NCBI GenBank assembly: GCA_965202985.1
Contig: CBDBCF010000002.1
Coordinates: 876,286 to 940,285 of the forward strand
Source of the DNA: Longimicrobiales bacterium
Lineage (GTDB): Bacteria > Gemmatimonadota > Gemmatimonadetes > Longimicrobiales > Gaopeijiaceae
DNA: 64,000 nucleotides
Direction: 5' to 3'
A program made the translations under genes and the position numbers. Numbering within the stretch: position 1 is the stretch's first letter; the number at the start of each line of letters is the position of its first letter. Below are positions 48,991 through 58,424 of the stretch, piece by piece. Below the pieces are notes generated by a model. That model did not search any database. It worked only from the letters and a program-made list of their open reading frames with translations, and was not told the DNA's origin.

Positions 48991-50288
48991 CGGGACAGAC
49001 GCTCCACGGGCTGGAAGCGCCCGCCGCGGATGACCGTCAAGAAGACCTCGTCGGACCCTTGATTGTCGCCCTCGCCGTACTCCACGACGAAGCCGCCCAA
49101 GTCGACGGGGCCGGCTTCGCGAAGCTCGGTCAGGAAGAGTTCCCGCGTGGGCGAAGGTCCGATCATGCGCAACGCCTCCACGGCCAAGCGTCCCGCCAAG
49201 TAGCCCTCCAGCGAGACGAACCCCGGGACCGCGGCCGGCGACACGGCCCGAAGCGCGGCGTGGTAGCTCTCTACCACCGGAATCGACGTGTCCGACGGGA
49301 ACGGCACGACCTGGGTGACCACGGTGCCGTTGCCCGCGGCGCCCAGCTCGTTCAGGAGGGCGTTGCTGCCCACGAAGGAGATGTTGACGATCACGGCGTT
49401 CATCCCCAGGCGTCGGGCCCATCGAATGAAGGCCGCCGCCGGACGGTAGGCGCCGATGATGATCACCGCCTGGGGGCTGCCCTTGCGGATCGCCAGCAGC
49501 GCCCTCTTGACCGCGGTCGTGTTGCGCATGTAGGTGCCCTCGCTCACGAGCGTCATGCTCCGCTTGACCAGCGCCCGTTGCACGCCTCGCAGGCCGGCCC
49601 GGCCGTAGCTGTCGTCCTGGTAGAGGATGGCGATCCGCCGGTGGCCCAAGTCGTCGGTCAGGCGCGCCACCATCTCCTCCGTCTCCTGATAGTACGAGGC
49701 GCGCACGTTGACCACCGAAACGCGGTCGTCGTTGCGAAGGAACTCGGCGCCGGTGAAGGGACCGATGTACGGCACCGAATTGTCGCTGGCGACGGGCTCG
49801 GCCGCCGTGGACGTGGGCGTTCCCACCGCGCCGATGAGGGCGAAGACGCCGTCCGCGATCAGTTCGGCCGTGTTCCTGGCGGCGGCTTCGGGCTCGTACC
49901 CGTCGTCCCGGGCCCGGAGGCGCAGAAGCCGTCCGTGCACGCCGCCGTCGCGGTTGGCCTCTTCGAAGGCGGCTCGGATGCCCAGGTTCATGTTGGTCCC
50001 CAGCGCCATGGCATCGCCCGTCAGCGCCGCGGACTGGCCAAAGACGATCGAGTCCGCGTACACGCCCCGGGACGGATCCTCGGCGGCAACCGACTGAGCG
50101 GCGGTCTCCTGAGCGGTGACCGCTGCCGCGCCCGGGGCCGGAAGGACCGCGACCACCAAAACGGTCGCGAGAGCCGGGGCGGCCGCCCGCTTCGCAGTCC
50201 GCGCCCAGTCCGTCGCGCGCCCGCGCCGAACCGAAGCCGCCACGCGGCCCGCCGAAGCCCTCGGCCTCCTGCTCCTCGCCACGCTCAC
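48987..50288 (-). CDS. Periplasmic ligand-binding protein (type 1, LivK-like)
   Basis: FGQSAALTG, GGVHGR, DDGYEP, GAVGTPT and NVRASYYQE; overlaps both neighbours by 4 bp. Confidence 0.88.
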   Translation of the reverse strand: MSVARSRRPRASAGRVAASVRRGRATDWARTAKRAAAPALATVLVVAVLPAPGAAAVTAQETAAQSVAAEDPSRGVYADSIVFGQSAALTGDAMALGTNMNLGIRAAFEEANRDGGVHGRLLRLRARDDGYEPEAAARNTAELIADGVFALIGAVGTPTSTAAEPVASDNSVPYIGPFTGAEFLRNDDRVSVVNVRASYYQETEEMVARLTDDLGHRRIAILYQDDSYGRAGLRGVQRALVKRSMTLVSEGTYMRNTTAVKRALLAIRKGSPQAVIIIGAYRPAAAFIRWARRLGMNAVIVNISFVGSNALLNELGAAGNGTVVTQVVPFPSDTSIPVVESYHAALRAVSPAAVPGFVSLEGYLAGRLAVEALRMIGPSPTRELFLTELREAGPVDLGGFVVEYGEGDNQGSDEVFLTVIRGGRFQPVERLSR

Positions 50289-51445
50289 GTCGCGCCGACG
50301 TACTTGAGCGCCAAGCACGTGATGTCGTCGGACTGCGACGCGCCCCCCGCGTGCTCCTTCACCGCCTTGACCACGTGGCGCCGCACGTCCTCCGCGCTGG
50401 CCCCCGCGCACTCTCCCAGCGCCTTGGCCAGCGCGTCGTCGCCGAACTCGTCCCCGTCCTCGTTCATGGCCTCGGTCACGCCGTCGGTGTAGAGGAAGAA
50501 GGTGTCGCCCGGTTCCAGCTCCAGGCTGCCGCCGGGGAAATCGAAGCCGGGCAAGACGCCCAGCACCAGGCCGGAATCGCTCTCGACCTTCCGCACCTCG
50601 CCGGACGCCTTGACCACAAAGGGCAGGTTGTGGCCCCCGTTGGCGTACTCCAACAGTCCCGACGCCGGATCGAAGCTGGTGTAGAAGACGGTGACGAACA
50701 TCGACTCCTCGTTCGACTCCGCCAGAAGGTCGTTCACCTCCGCCATGCACTTGGCGGGATCGGAGTTGCCGATGGCGGTGCCCTTCATCAGCGTCCGGCT
50801 GACCATCATGAACAGCGCGGCCGGCACGCCCTTGCCCGACACGTCGGCCACGACCATGGCCAGCCGGTCGTTCTCCAGCTTGAAGAAGTCGTAGAAGTCG
50901 CCCCCCACCTCGCGGGCGGGGGTCATCCACGCGTGCAGGTCGTAGCGGGGGTCGTCGGGAAAATCGGTGGGCAGGATCGACTCCTGCATCTTGGCGGCCA
51001 CGCCCAGCTCCTGCCGCAGGGCCACGAGTTCGTCGCGGGACCGAAGGGCCTCGCGCATGACCTGGAGGTGTTGGAGGGTCTTGGAGATCGTCGTCTCCAA
51101 GTCGTCGAAGTCGATCGGCTTGGTCACGAAGTCGAACGCGCCGCGGTTCATGGCGGTGCGGATGTTCTTCATGTCGCCGTACGCCGTGACGATCACGGCC
51201 CGAAGGTCCATGTGAAGGTCGTTGAGCTGCTGGAGCAGCGTCAGGCCGTCCATCTCGGGCATGTTGATGTCCGACAGGACCATGTCGATGTTGTCGTGGG
51301 TCTTGAGCTTCTCCAGCGCTTGGACGCCGTTTTGGGCGAAAATCAGCTTCATCTCGCCCTTCCTGATCTTCCGCCGGAACTTCTGCGTGAGAAGGATTTC
51401 CAGATCGGGCTCGTCGTCGACGACCAGGATCGTTGGCATCTTCAT
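50285..51445 (-). CDS. Response-regulator receiver plus SpoIIE/PP2C phosphatase (RsbU-like)
   Basis: VDDE, DINMPEMDG, VGGDFYD, ADVSGKG, YTDGVTE and DDIT. Confidence 0.95.
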   Translation of the reverse strand: MKMPTILVVDDEPDLEILLTQKFRRKIRKGEMKLIFAQNGVQALEKLKTHDNIDMVLSDINMPEMDGLTLLQQLNDLHMDLRAVIVTAYGDMKNIRTAMNRGAFDFVTKPIDFDDLETTISKTLQHLQVMREALRSRDELVALRQELGVAAKMQESILPTDFPDDPRYDLHAWMTPAREVGGDFYDFFKLENDRLAMVVADVSGKGVPAALFMMVSRTLMKGTAIGNSDPAKCMAEVNDLLAESNEESMFVTVFYTSFDPASGLLEYANGGHNLPFVVKASGEVRKVESDSGLVLGVLPGFDFPGGSLELEPGDTFFLYTDGVTEAMNEDGDEFGDDALAKALGECAGASAEDVRRHVVKAVKEHAGGASQSDDITCLALKYVGAT

Positions 51446-51626
51446 AAGTGGTCCGGTAGGGTTGCCGATCTCGGTCGAAGCCGGTCGGCGTCTGGGGTTG
51501 GAGGCGAGGCTGGGATGCGGGAGGCTTCCTGGACCGGCGGGCGTTGCCGGCCACAGTTCAATGTAACGTTCCGCGCCCATTTTCGCCGTTTCCGCCCGTC
51601 GCGCGCGCCCGCTCGAAGCGAAGCGG

Positions 51627-51655
51627 TGGACATCGCCCCCCAAAGCGTGTACTAT
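51627..51655 (+). promoter_or_regulatory. Putative sigma70-type promoter of glnA
   Basis: TGGACA-N17-TACTAT about 90 bp upstream of the ATG. Confidence 0.5.
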
Positions 51656-51747
51656 CCCGGACTTGGCCGGCGGCGCGACGGCGGCGCGGCTCTCGCGGGC
51701 GCCCCGGCGTCCAAGTCTTCCCCAACCCCAAGAGGCGACAGCAGCAA

Positions 51748-53157
51748 ATGGCGGACACCGACGCGGTATTCAAGCAGATCCGAGACGAGAACGTGGAGTT
51801 CGTGGACCTCCGGTTCACCGACCCCAGAGGACGGTGGCACCACGTCACCCTGACGCCGGAGGCCTTCGACGAGGACGCCTTCGAGGACGGCATCATGTTC
51901 GACGGGTCGTCCATCAACGGCTGGAAGGCGATCGACCAGTCCGACATGGCGCTCTTCCCCGACGCCTCGACGGCGGCCCTCGATCCCTTCATGAGCCACA
52001 GGACGCTCTACCTGATCTGCGACGTCCACGAGCCCACGACCGGCGAGCGCTACTCGCGCTGCCCCCGGTCCACGGCCCGGGACGCCGAGGCTCACCTGCA
52101 GTTCTCGGGGATCGGCGACACGGCCTACTTCGGCCCGGAGCCCGAGTTCTTCCTCTTCGACGACGTCCGCTTCGGGGTGGAGGCCAACCACACCTTCTTC
52201 CACCTGAACGACTCCGAGGGGCCGTACAACACGAGCAGCGTCGTCGAGGGCGGCAACAAGGGCCACCGTCCGCGCACCAAGGGCGGCTACTTCCCGCTGC
52301 CGCCGGTGGACTCGGTCCAGGCGGTTCGGGGCGACATGCTCAAGGCGCTGGCCGACGCCGGCGTGGGCGTCGAGAAGCACCACCACGAGGTGGCCGCCAG
52401 TCAGCACGAGCTCGGGATCGTCTTCGCGCCGATGACGGCGATGGCCGACAAGCTGCAGGTCTACCGGTACGTCGTGCTGAACGTGGCGGCGAAGCACGGC
52501 AAGACGGCCACGTTCATGCCCAAGCCGGTGGTCGGCGACAACGGGTCCGGGATGCACACCAACCAGTCGCTGTGGAAGGACGGCGAAGGCATCTTCTCGG
52601 GGTCGGGCTACGCGGACCTGTCGGACACCGCCCTTCACTACATCGGCGGGATCATGAAGCACGCCCGGGCGATCAACGCCTTCTCGAACCCCAGCACCAA
52701 CAGCTACAAGCGCCTGGTTCCCGGGTTCGAGGCGCCGGTGCTCCTGGCCTACTCGGCACGGAACCGGTCGGCGTCCTGCCGCATCCCCCACGTCGCGTCC
52801 GCCAAGGCCCGGCGGGTGGAGATCCGCTTCCCCGACGCCACGGCCAACCCGTACCTGGCGTTCTCGGCCATGCTCATGGCGGGGCTGGACGGGATCGAGA
52901 ACCGCATCGACCCCGGACCGCCGATGGACAAGGACCTCTACGCCCTGCCGCCCGAGGAGCTGAAGGACATTCCCACGGTGGCGCACTCCCTCCGCGACGC
53001 CCTGGAGGCCCTGGAAGCGGACCACGAGTTCCTGACCCGCGGCGACGTCTTCACGAAGGACCAGATCGACGCCTACGTGGAGCTCAAGATGGACGAGGTG
53101 GTCCGCTTCGAGCAGGCCCCTCACCCGGTCGAGTTCGACATGTACTTCTCGCCGTGA
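51748..53157 (+). CDS. glnA: Glutamine synthetase type I (adenylylatable)
   Basis: FDGSSI, HHHEVA, FMPKP, NGSGMH, RNRSA and DKDLY (adenylylation Tyr). Confidence 0.98.
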   Translation: MADTDAVFKQIRDENVEFVDLRFTDPRGRWHHVTLTPEAFDEDAFEDGIMFDGSSINGWKAIDQSDMALFPDASTAALDPFMSHRTLYLICDVHEPTTGERYSRCPRSTARDAEAHLQFSGIGDTAYFGPEPEFFLFDDVRFGVEANHTFFHLNDSEGPYNTSSVVEGGNKGHRPRTKGGYFPLPPVDSVQAVRGDMLKALADAGVGVEKHHHEVAASQHELGIVFAPMTAMADKLQVYRYVVLNVAAKHGKTATFMPKPVVGDNGSGMHTNQSLWKDGEGIFSGSGYADLSDTALHYIGGIMKHARAINAFSNPSTNSYKRLVPGFEAPVLLAYSARNRSASCRIPHVASAKARRVEIRFPDATANPYLAFSAMLMAGLDGIENRIDPGPPMDKDLYALPPEELKDIPTVAHSLRDALEALEADHEFLTRGDVFTKDQIDAYVELKMDEVVRFEQAPHPVEFDMYFSP

Positions 53158-53173
53158 TCGGCAGCGGAAGAGC

Positions 53174-56146
53174 TTGACCGACACCGTCCTCGCGCGGGCG
53201 GCCGCCGCTCCCGGCTTCGAGAAGCTTCGAGGCCATCGCAAGGAGCAGGCGGTCGCCGGCGCGGATCGGTTGCGCGACGCAGCCCGGCACGCGGGCAAGG
53301 AATCCCTGGCGGCGGCGCTCGACACGCCGGAGGGCCGGCGCTTCTTCTCGTTCGTCATGGGGAACAGCCCGTACTTGACGCGGCTGGTTCTTCGCGACCT
53401 GGAGTTCACGCAGTCGCTCGTGACCGATTCGCCCGAGGCCGTGGCCGCGTCGATCCGGGGCGACTTGGCGAACGCCGATCCGACGATGAACCGGGACCGC
53501 CTCATGCGGTTCCTGCGGGTTCAGCGGAGCCGCGTGGCCGTGGTCGCAGCCGTCTACGACTGCTTCGGCGTGGCCGGCGTCATGGAGTGCGCGGCGCTGC
53601 TGTCGGACATGGCCGACCATGCCGTTCGGCTGGCCGTGTCGCACCTGCTCCAGGACCGGCAGCGGCGCGGCGAGCTGGCGCCCGCGGCCAACGGCGGCGG
53701 CGGGTCGGACGGAGACGCCGGCGCCGAGGCGAACGTCGCCAAGCTGGGGTACTTCGTCCTGGCCATGGGCAAGCACGGGTCTCGGGAACTCAACTACTCG
53801 TCGGACATCGACCTGGTGGTCCTTTACGACCCGGACGTGGTGCGCTACACGGGGTCGCGCAGCCTTCGCGACTGCTTCGTCCGGGTCACGCGGGACATGG
53901 CGCGCATCCTTCAGGCCCGAACGGGCGACGGCTACGTCTTCCGCACGGACCTGCGCCTGCGTCCCGACGCCTCGTCCACGCCCCCGGCGATCACCGTGGA
54001 CTTCGCCTTCGACTACTACAACACCTTCGGGCGGACATGGGAGCGCGCGGCCCTCATCAAGGCGCGCCCCGTGGCTGGCGACCTGGACGCCGGCGCGGCG
54101 TTCCTGAAGCGGCTGTCGCCGTTCATCTGGGACGACGGACTCGACTTCACGTCGGTCGAGGAGATCCGCTCGATGAGCCAGCAGATCCACGACTTCCACG
54201 GCCACGGCGCCGTGAAGGCGGCCGGCCACGACGTGAAGCTGGGGCGCGGGGGCATCCGCGAGATCGAGTTCTTCGTCCACATGCACCAGCTTGCGTACGG
54301 GGGCCGCAACCGACGGCTCCGGGACGCGGGGCTCCTGGGCATGTTGGAGACGCTGGAAGAGGAGAACCACGTGCTTCCCAGGGAGACCGCCACCCTGCGG
54401 GACGCGTACCTGCTGCTGCGACGGGTCGAACACCGGGTCCAGATGGTGAACGACGACCAGACGCAGAAGCTTCCCGAGTCGCAGGACGGCTTGGCCCACA
54501 TCGCCGCGTTCATGGGGCTCGAGTCCGCCGACGCCTTGGCCAACGTGGTGGAGACCGCTGCGGCGGAGGTCCACGCCCTGTACCGCACGCGCTTCAACGT
54601 GCCCGAGAGCGAACAGGACATCACCGCGGCGATCCTGGAAGGACCCGAGGCGGGCGCTCCCGCCGCCGTGGAGAAGCTGGAGGCCGCCGGGTTCGCCCGC
54701 GCGCTGACCGCGGCGGAGATCTTCAGGGGATGGGCCGAGGGGCGGTACGCCTCGACCGAGTCGGAGCGCGCCCGAACGATCGTCCGCGAGATCCTCCACG
54801 AGATCATCGCCGCCGTGGGCAAGACTCCCGACCCGGACCGAGCCCTGGTCCGCTTGGACAAGTTCCTGGAGACGCTGCCCGAGGACATCTCCTTCTTCTC
54901 GATGCTGCGCGCCAACACGTGGCTGCTCAACCTGATCGCCGTGGTCATGGGAAGCGCGCCGCGCATCGCCGACACGCTGGGCGGCCATCCGCGCCTCCTG
55001 GAAGCGGTCCTGGACCCCGCGTTCTTCCTGCCGGTGCCCGACAGACAGGAGCTGGCGGACGAGGCCCGCGACCGCCTCGGCGACGAAGCCGACCTGGAGA
55101 AGCGGACGGCGCTGGTGGCCGCGTGGGCAGAGGACCGGCGCTTCCAGGTCGGCGTCCAGACGCTGCAGAACTTGATCACGGTGGACGAGGCGTCGGCGTC
55201 TCTGACCCAGGTGGCGGACGTGACCATCGAGGTGCTGCTGGAAGGCGTGCTCGCGGAGTTGACCGCCCGGCACGGCGCTGCGGAGGGCGGCTGCGCCGTG
55301 GTGGCCATGGGCAAGCTGGGCGCCGTGGAGATGACGTTCGAGTCGGACCTGGACTTGCTGTTCGTGGCGGAGATGCCCGACGAGACGCGCGTCACGTCGG
55401 GACCCCGGCCCGTCGAAGCGCGACGCTTCTACTCGCGCGTGGCGCAGCGCCTGATCGCCGCCTTGCAGAGCCGCGCGGCCTCCGGAAAGCTGTACGAAGT
55501 GGACATGCGCCTGCGCCCGTCCGGCGACAGCGGGCCGCTGGTGACGACGCTCACGGCGTTCCGCGAGTACCAAGCCGAATCGGCGTGGACGTGGGAGCAC
55601 ATGTCGCTGACGCGCGCCCGGGTGGTGGCCGGCGACCCGTCCGCGGTCCAGGCCGTGTCGTCGGAGATGCGGGAGGTCCTGACGCGGCCCCGAGACGCTG
55701 ACGCGCTCCGGCAAGACGTGGCCGAGATGCGCGAACGGGTGGCCGCGGAGCACTCCTCCGACGACCCGTTCGAGCTCAAGTACGTCCGGGGCGGGCTGGT
55801 GGATCTTGAGTTCGTCGCCCAGTACCTGCAGCTGCTTCACGCCCACCAGCGTCCGCAGGTCCTGGCCGGAGGCACCGTGGCCTGCTTCACGGCCTTGGCC
55901 GACGCCGACGTCTTGGACAAGGAAGAGGCGGAGTTCCTGGCCGAGGCGGTTCGCATGCAACGGACGGCCCAGGCTATCCTTCGACTGGCGTGGAGCGCGG
56001 GGGTCCCGGTGCGCGACGCGCCGCAGACGCTTCGCGCCAAGCTGGCCAACGCCCTGGAGTGCGAGGACTTCGACGGTTTGGAGCGCGCGCTTCGGGACGT
56101 GCAGCGGAAGGCGTTCGAATCGTTCCAGCGCCACATCGGCGAGTAG
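53174..56146 (+). CDS. glnE: Glutamine synthetase adenylyltransferase/adenylyl-removing enzyme
   Basis: Two NT domains: MGKHGSRELNYSSDIDL/DLRLRP and MGKLGAVEMTFESDLDL/DMRLRPSG. Confidence 0.96.
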   Translation: MTDTVLARAAAAPGFEKLRGHRKEQAVAGADRLRDAARHAGKESLAAALDTPEGRRFFSFVMGNSPYLTRLVLRDLEFTQSLVTDSPEAVAASIRGDLANADPTMNRDRLMRFLRVQRSRVAVVAAVYDCFGVAGVMECAALLSDMADHAVRLAVSHLLQDRQRRGELAPAANGGGGSDGDAGAEANVAKLGYFVLAMGKHGSRELNYSSDIDLVVLYDPDVVRYTGSRSLRDCFVRVTRDMARILQARTGDGYVFRTDLRLRPDASSTPPAITVDFAFDYYNTFGRTWERAALIKARPVAGDLDAGAAFLKRLSPFIWDDGLDFTSVEEIRSMSQQIHDFHGHGAVKAAGHDVKLGRGGIREIEFFVHMHQLAYGGRNRRLRDAGLLGMLETLEEENHVLPRETATLRDAYLLLRRVEHRVQMVNDDQTQKLPESQDGLAHIAAFMGLESADALANVVETAAAEVHALYRTRFNVPESEQDITAAILEGPEAGAPAAVEKLEAAGFARALTAAEIFRGWAEGRYASTESERARTIVREILHEIIAAVGKTPDPDRALVRLDKFLETLPEDISFFSMLRANTWLLNLIAVVMGSAPRIADTLGGHPRLLEAVLDPAFFLPVPDRQELADEARDRLGDEADLEKRTALVAAWAEDRRFQVGVQTLQNLITVDEASASLTQVADVTIEVLLEGVLAELTARHGAAEGGCAVVAMGKLGAVEMTFESDLDLLFVAEMPDETRVTSGPRPVEARRFYSRVAQRLIAALQSRAASGKLYEVDMRLRPSGDSGPLVTTLTAFREYQAESAWTWEHMSLTRARVVAGDPSAVQAVSSEMREVLTRPRDADALRQDVAEMRERVAAEHSSDDPFELKYVRGGLVDLEFVAQYLQLLHAHQRPQVLAGGTVACFTALADADVLDKEEAEFLAEAVRMQRTAQAILRLAWSAGVPVRDAPQTLRAKLANALECEDFDGLERALRDVQRKAFESFQRHIGE

Positions 56147-56161
56147 GAGGAGCAATCGACC

Positions 56162-56608
56162 ATGGGTCCCAGCCTGGAAACGGACGTGAAGCTCGACGAG
56201 ACCGAGCCCAGGCGCGTGGTGCAGCTGTTCGAGCAGTTCGCCGCGGGCGCCGACCTGCCGGCGGGGATCGTCCAGAAGTTCGAACTGGCCTTGGACGAAG
56301 TGCTGACCAACGTGGTCAGCTACGCCTTCCCGGAGAACGCCGAAGACCCCGTCGTCACGGTGACGATGCAAGTGGACGGAGGTTGGCTGAAGGTGCGGGT
56401 GCAGGACAACGGCCCCGCCTTCGATCCCCTGCACGACGCGCAGGATCCGGACCTGACCCTTTCCGCCGAGGACCGCCCCATCGGCGGGCTCGGCATCTTC
56501 CTAGCCAAGTCGTTCGTGGATACATTGACCTACGAACGCGTGGACGGATTCAACCGACTCACCCTAGCACAGCCCTTGGAGGCTACGCCGGAGAACGCAA
56601 ACCCATGA
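56162..56608 (+). CDS. RsbW-like anti-sigma factor / Ser kinase
   Basis: LALDEVLTNVVSY, DNGPAFDP and GGLGIFL. Confidence 0.9.
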   Translation: MGPSLETDVKLDETEPRRVVQLFEQFAAGADLPAGIVQKFELALDEVLTNVVSYAFPENAEDPVVTVTMQVDGGWLKVRVQDNGPAFDPLHDAQDPDLTLSAEDRPIGGLGIFLAKSFVDTLTYERVDGFNRLTLAQPLEATPENANP

Positions 56609-56943
56609 ACGTCACGACAACCCAGTCCGAGAACGCATCGATCGCCGCCGTCAGCGGCCGGATCGATTCCGCCAACGCCAAGGACTTCGACCAGGAGCTC
56701 GGCAAGATCATCGAAGCTGGGGCCAACCGCCTGGTCGTGGACTGCGGCGACCTCTCCTACATCAGCAGTGCCGGTCTCCGCGCGCTGTTGGTCGCCATCA
56801 AGAAGACCAACGCGGCCGGAGGGGGCGTGGCGATGTGCCGGGTGCCCGCCCACATCCGCGAGGTGCTGGACGTGAGCGGCTTCACGCGCCTGACCAAGGT
56901 GTTCGACACCGCCGAGGAGGCGGAAGCCAGCCTGTCCTCATAG
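56605..56943 (+). CDS. STAS-domain anti-anti-sigma factor (RsbV-like)
   Basis: GRIDS and YISSAGLR phospho-Ser motif; ATGA overlap. Confidence 0.93.
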   Translation: MNVTTTQSENASIAAVSGRIDSANAKDFDQELGKIIEAGANRLVVDCGDLSYISSAGLRALLVAIKKTNAAGGGVAMCRVPAHIREVLDVSGFTRLTKVFDTAEEAEASLSS

Positions 56944-56945
56944 CC

Positions 56946-56990
56946 GCGCCGCCCCGGCACCCGGGAAGGCTTGCGGCTGCCGGGGGGCGC
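56946..56990. terminator. GC-rich hairpin between convergent STAS and porin genes
   Basis: GCGCC-G-CCCCGGCA pairs with TGCCGGGG-GGCGC; no clear U tract. Confidence 0.4.
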
Positions 56991-57065
56991 GCCCTTGGTC
57001 CCGCGGCGTCCCGGGACCGATCGCCGGGCGGTCGGGTGCGCTCGCTGCCCCGGCGGCGGCTGGGC

Positions 57066-58133
57066 CTAGAAGAAGGTGAAGGCCTGCAGCTTGAAGGACC
57101 ACTCGGTGCGGTCCTCGATCGTGCGATAGATGTCCATGTTGGCGGAGATGCCGTTCCGGCCCGTCGCGTAGAGCATCAAACCCGGCGTGACCACGAGTCC
57201 GCTCACGTCCGTGCCCGCTTCGTCCTGGGTGCTGGCCCAGCTTAGGCGGAACAGGGGCTCGACGGCCGCGAAGGCGCGGTCCTCCGCAAGCGGAACGTAC
57301 CAGAGTCCCATGACCTGAAACGCGGAGAACCCGGCGTCGTCGTCCACCTTCCAGTTGCTTCCCGACACCTGGTTCACCAGCAGGTGGGGACCGTTGCGCC
57401 ACGTTCCGAGCTCCAGCTCCACGCCGTAGGCCGGCACCCAGATCGTCTCGTCCTTCGAGCCCACGGTCTCGTCCATGGCCAAGTAGCCCGACACGCGTCC
57501 GCGCTCGCCGAAGAAGTACGACAGGCGCCCCGACGCCGACTTGTGGTTGTTCACGTCCTTCTTGCTGATGCCTTCGCCGTTGGTGAGGGTGAACCGGTAG
57601 CCCAGGCGCCGGTTCGCGAGCCGCCCCGTGGCCAAGATGCCGGGTTCGTATCCGTCCAGCCCCAGGCCGAAGGTCAGCTTGCCGAACGAGCAGACGCCGC
57701 CCACGCCGGGGCACTCGCTGATGCCCGTCACGCGCCCGTCCCGTTCGATGAGCGGCAAGTCCGAGTTGGCGGCCAGCCAGAAGTACGAGACCGCCCGCTT
57801 GAACTGCCCGATCTGGAGCTGGAAGGACTCCGAGGGCGTCAACGCCAAGTAGGCTTCCAACGCGGTGGACCCCTGCGCGTCGAACTGGAGCCGGCCGCCC
57901 ACCAAGTCGTTGAGGGAGCCGTCGATCGTCACCCAGGCGCGACGGATGAAGAACGAAGAGGCGGCTTGGGAGGGGCCCGGCATTTCGTACTGGGCCTGAA
58001 CGCGGGCGCCCAGCGTCACGCTCGACCCGTTCCGGGCGCTGAAGGTCTGGGCGCTGGAGGGAAGGGCGGCGCCGGCAGCCAGCACCAGAGTTCCCACGGT
58101 GCGGACCGCTGGGAAGAAGAGGCGGTGCGTCAT
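57066..58133 (-). CDS. Porin, OprO/OprP-like
   Basis: Signal peptide, FFIRRA, QIGQFK and C-terminal LQAFTFF. Confidence 0.75.
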   Translation of the reverse strand: MTHRLFFPAVRTVGTLVLAAGAALPSSAQTFSARNGSSVTLGARVQAQYEMPGPSQAASSFFIRRAWVTIDGSLNDLVGGRLQFDAQGSTALEAYLALTPSESFQLQIGQFKRAVSYFWLAANSDLPLIERDGRVTGISECPGVGGVCSFGKLTFGLGLDGYEPGILATGRLANRRLGYRFTLTNGEGISKKDVNNHKSASGRLSYFFGERGRVSGYLAMDETVGSKDETIWVPAYGVELELGTWRNGPHLLVNQVSGSNWKVDDDAGFSAFQVMGLWYVPLAEDRAFAAVEPLFRLSWASTQDEAGTDVSGLVVTPGLMLYATGRNGISANMDIYRTIEDRTEWSFKLQAFTFF

Positions 58134-58424
58134 GACGGGTTCATTCCTCGGGGGTTGGATCGGAGGGCGACCCGGCAACCGGGTCTGAAAGACTTGTGGG
58201 CTATCAATGTAATTGTCCGGTCGGGAATCCGCGAACCCCGGCGCGGGCAGGGCGGGGCGAGGGAGCGGCGAGCGACAACACGGACGAACCCGCTTCGAGG
58301 ACGGCCGCGGAGTCCGCGGGCAGGCGGGACTCTTGCGGCGCGGCTCCAAAGCCGTATCATGACGGCTTCATCGCCCGCCGGCAGGCGCGGGTCACACGTC
58401 ATCCACCGAAACGGAAGAACAAGA

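Noticed and set aside
53084..56434. 1116-aa minus-strand ORF
   Set aside because: Antisense shadow of glnE with no domain motifs.
58323..58336. Sigma54-like GG-N10-GC upstream of amt
   Set aside because: Poor match to TGGCAC, common by chance in GC-rich DNA, and it overlaps an equally plausible sigma70-like promoter.
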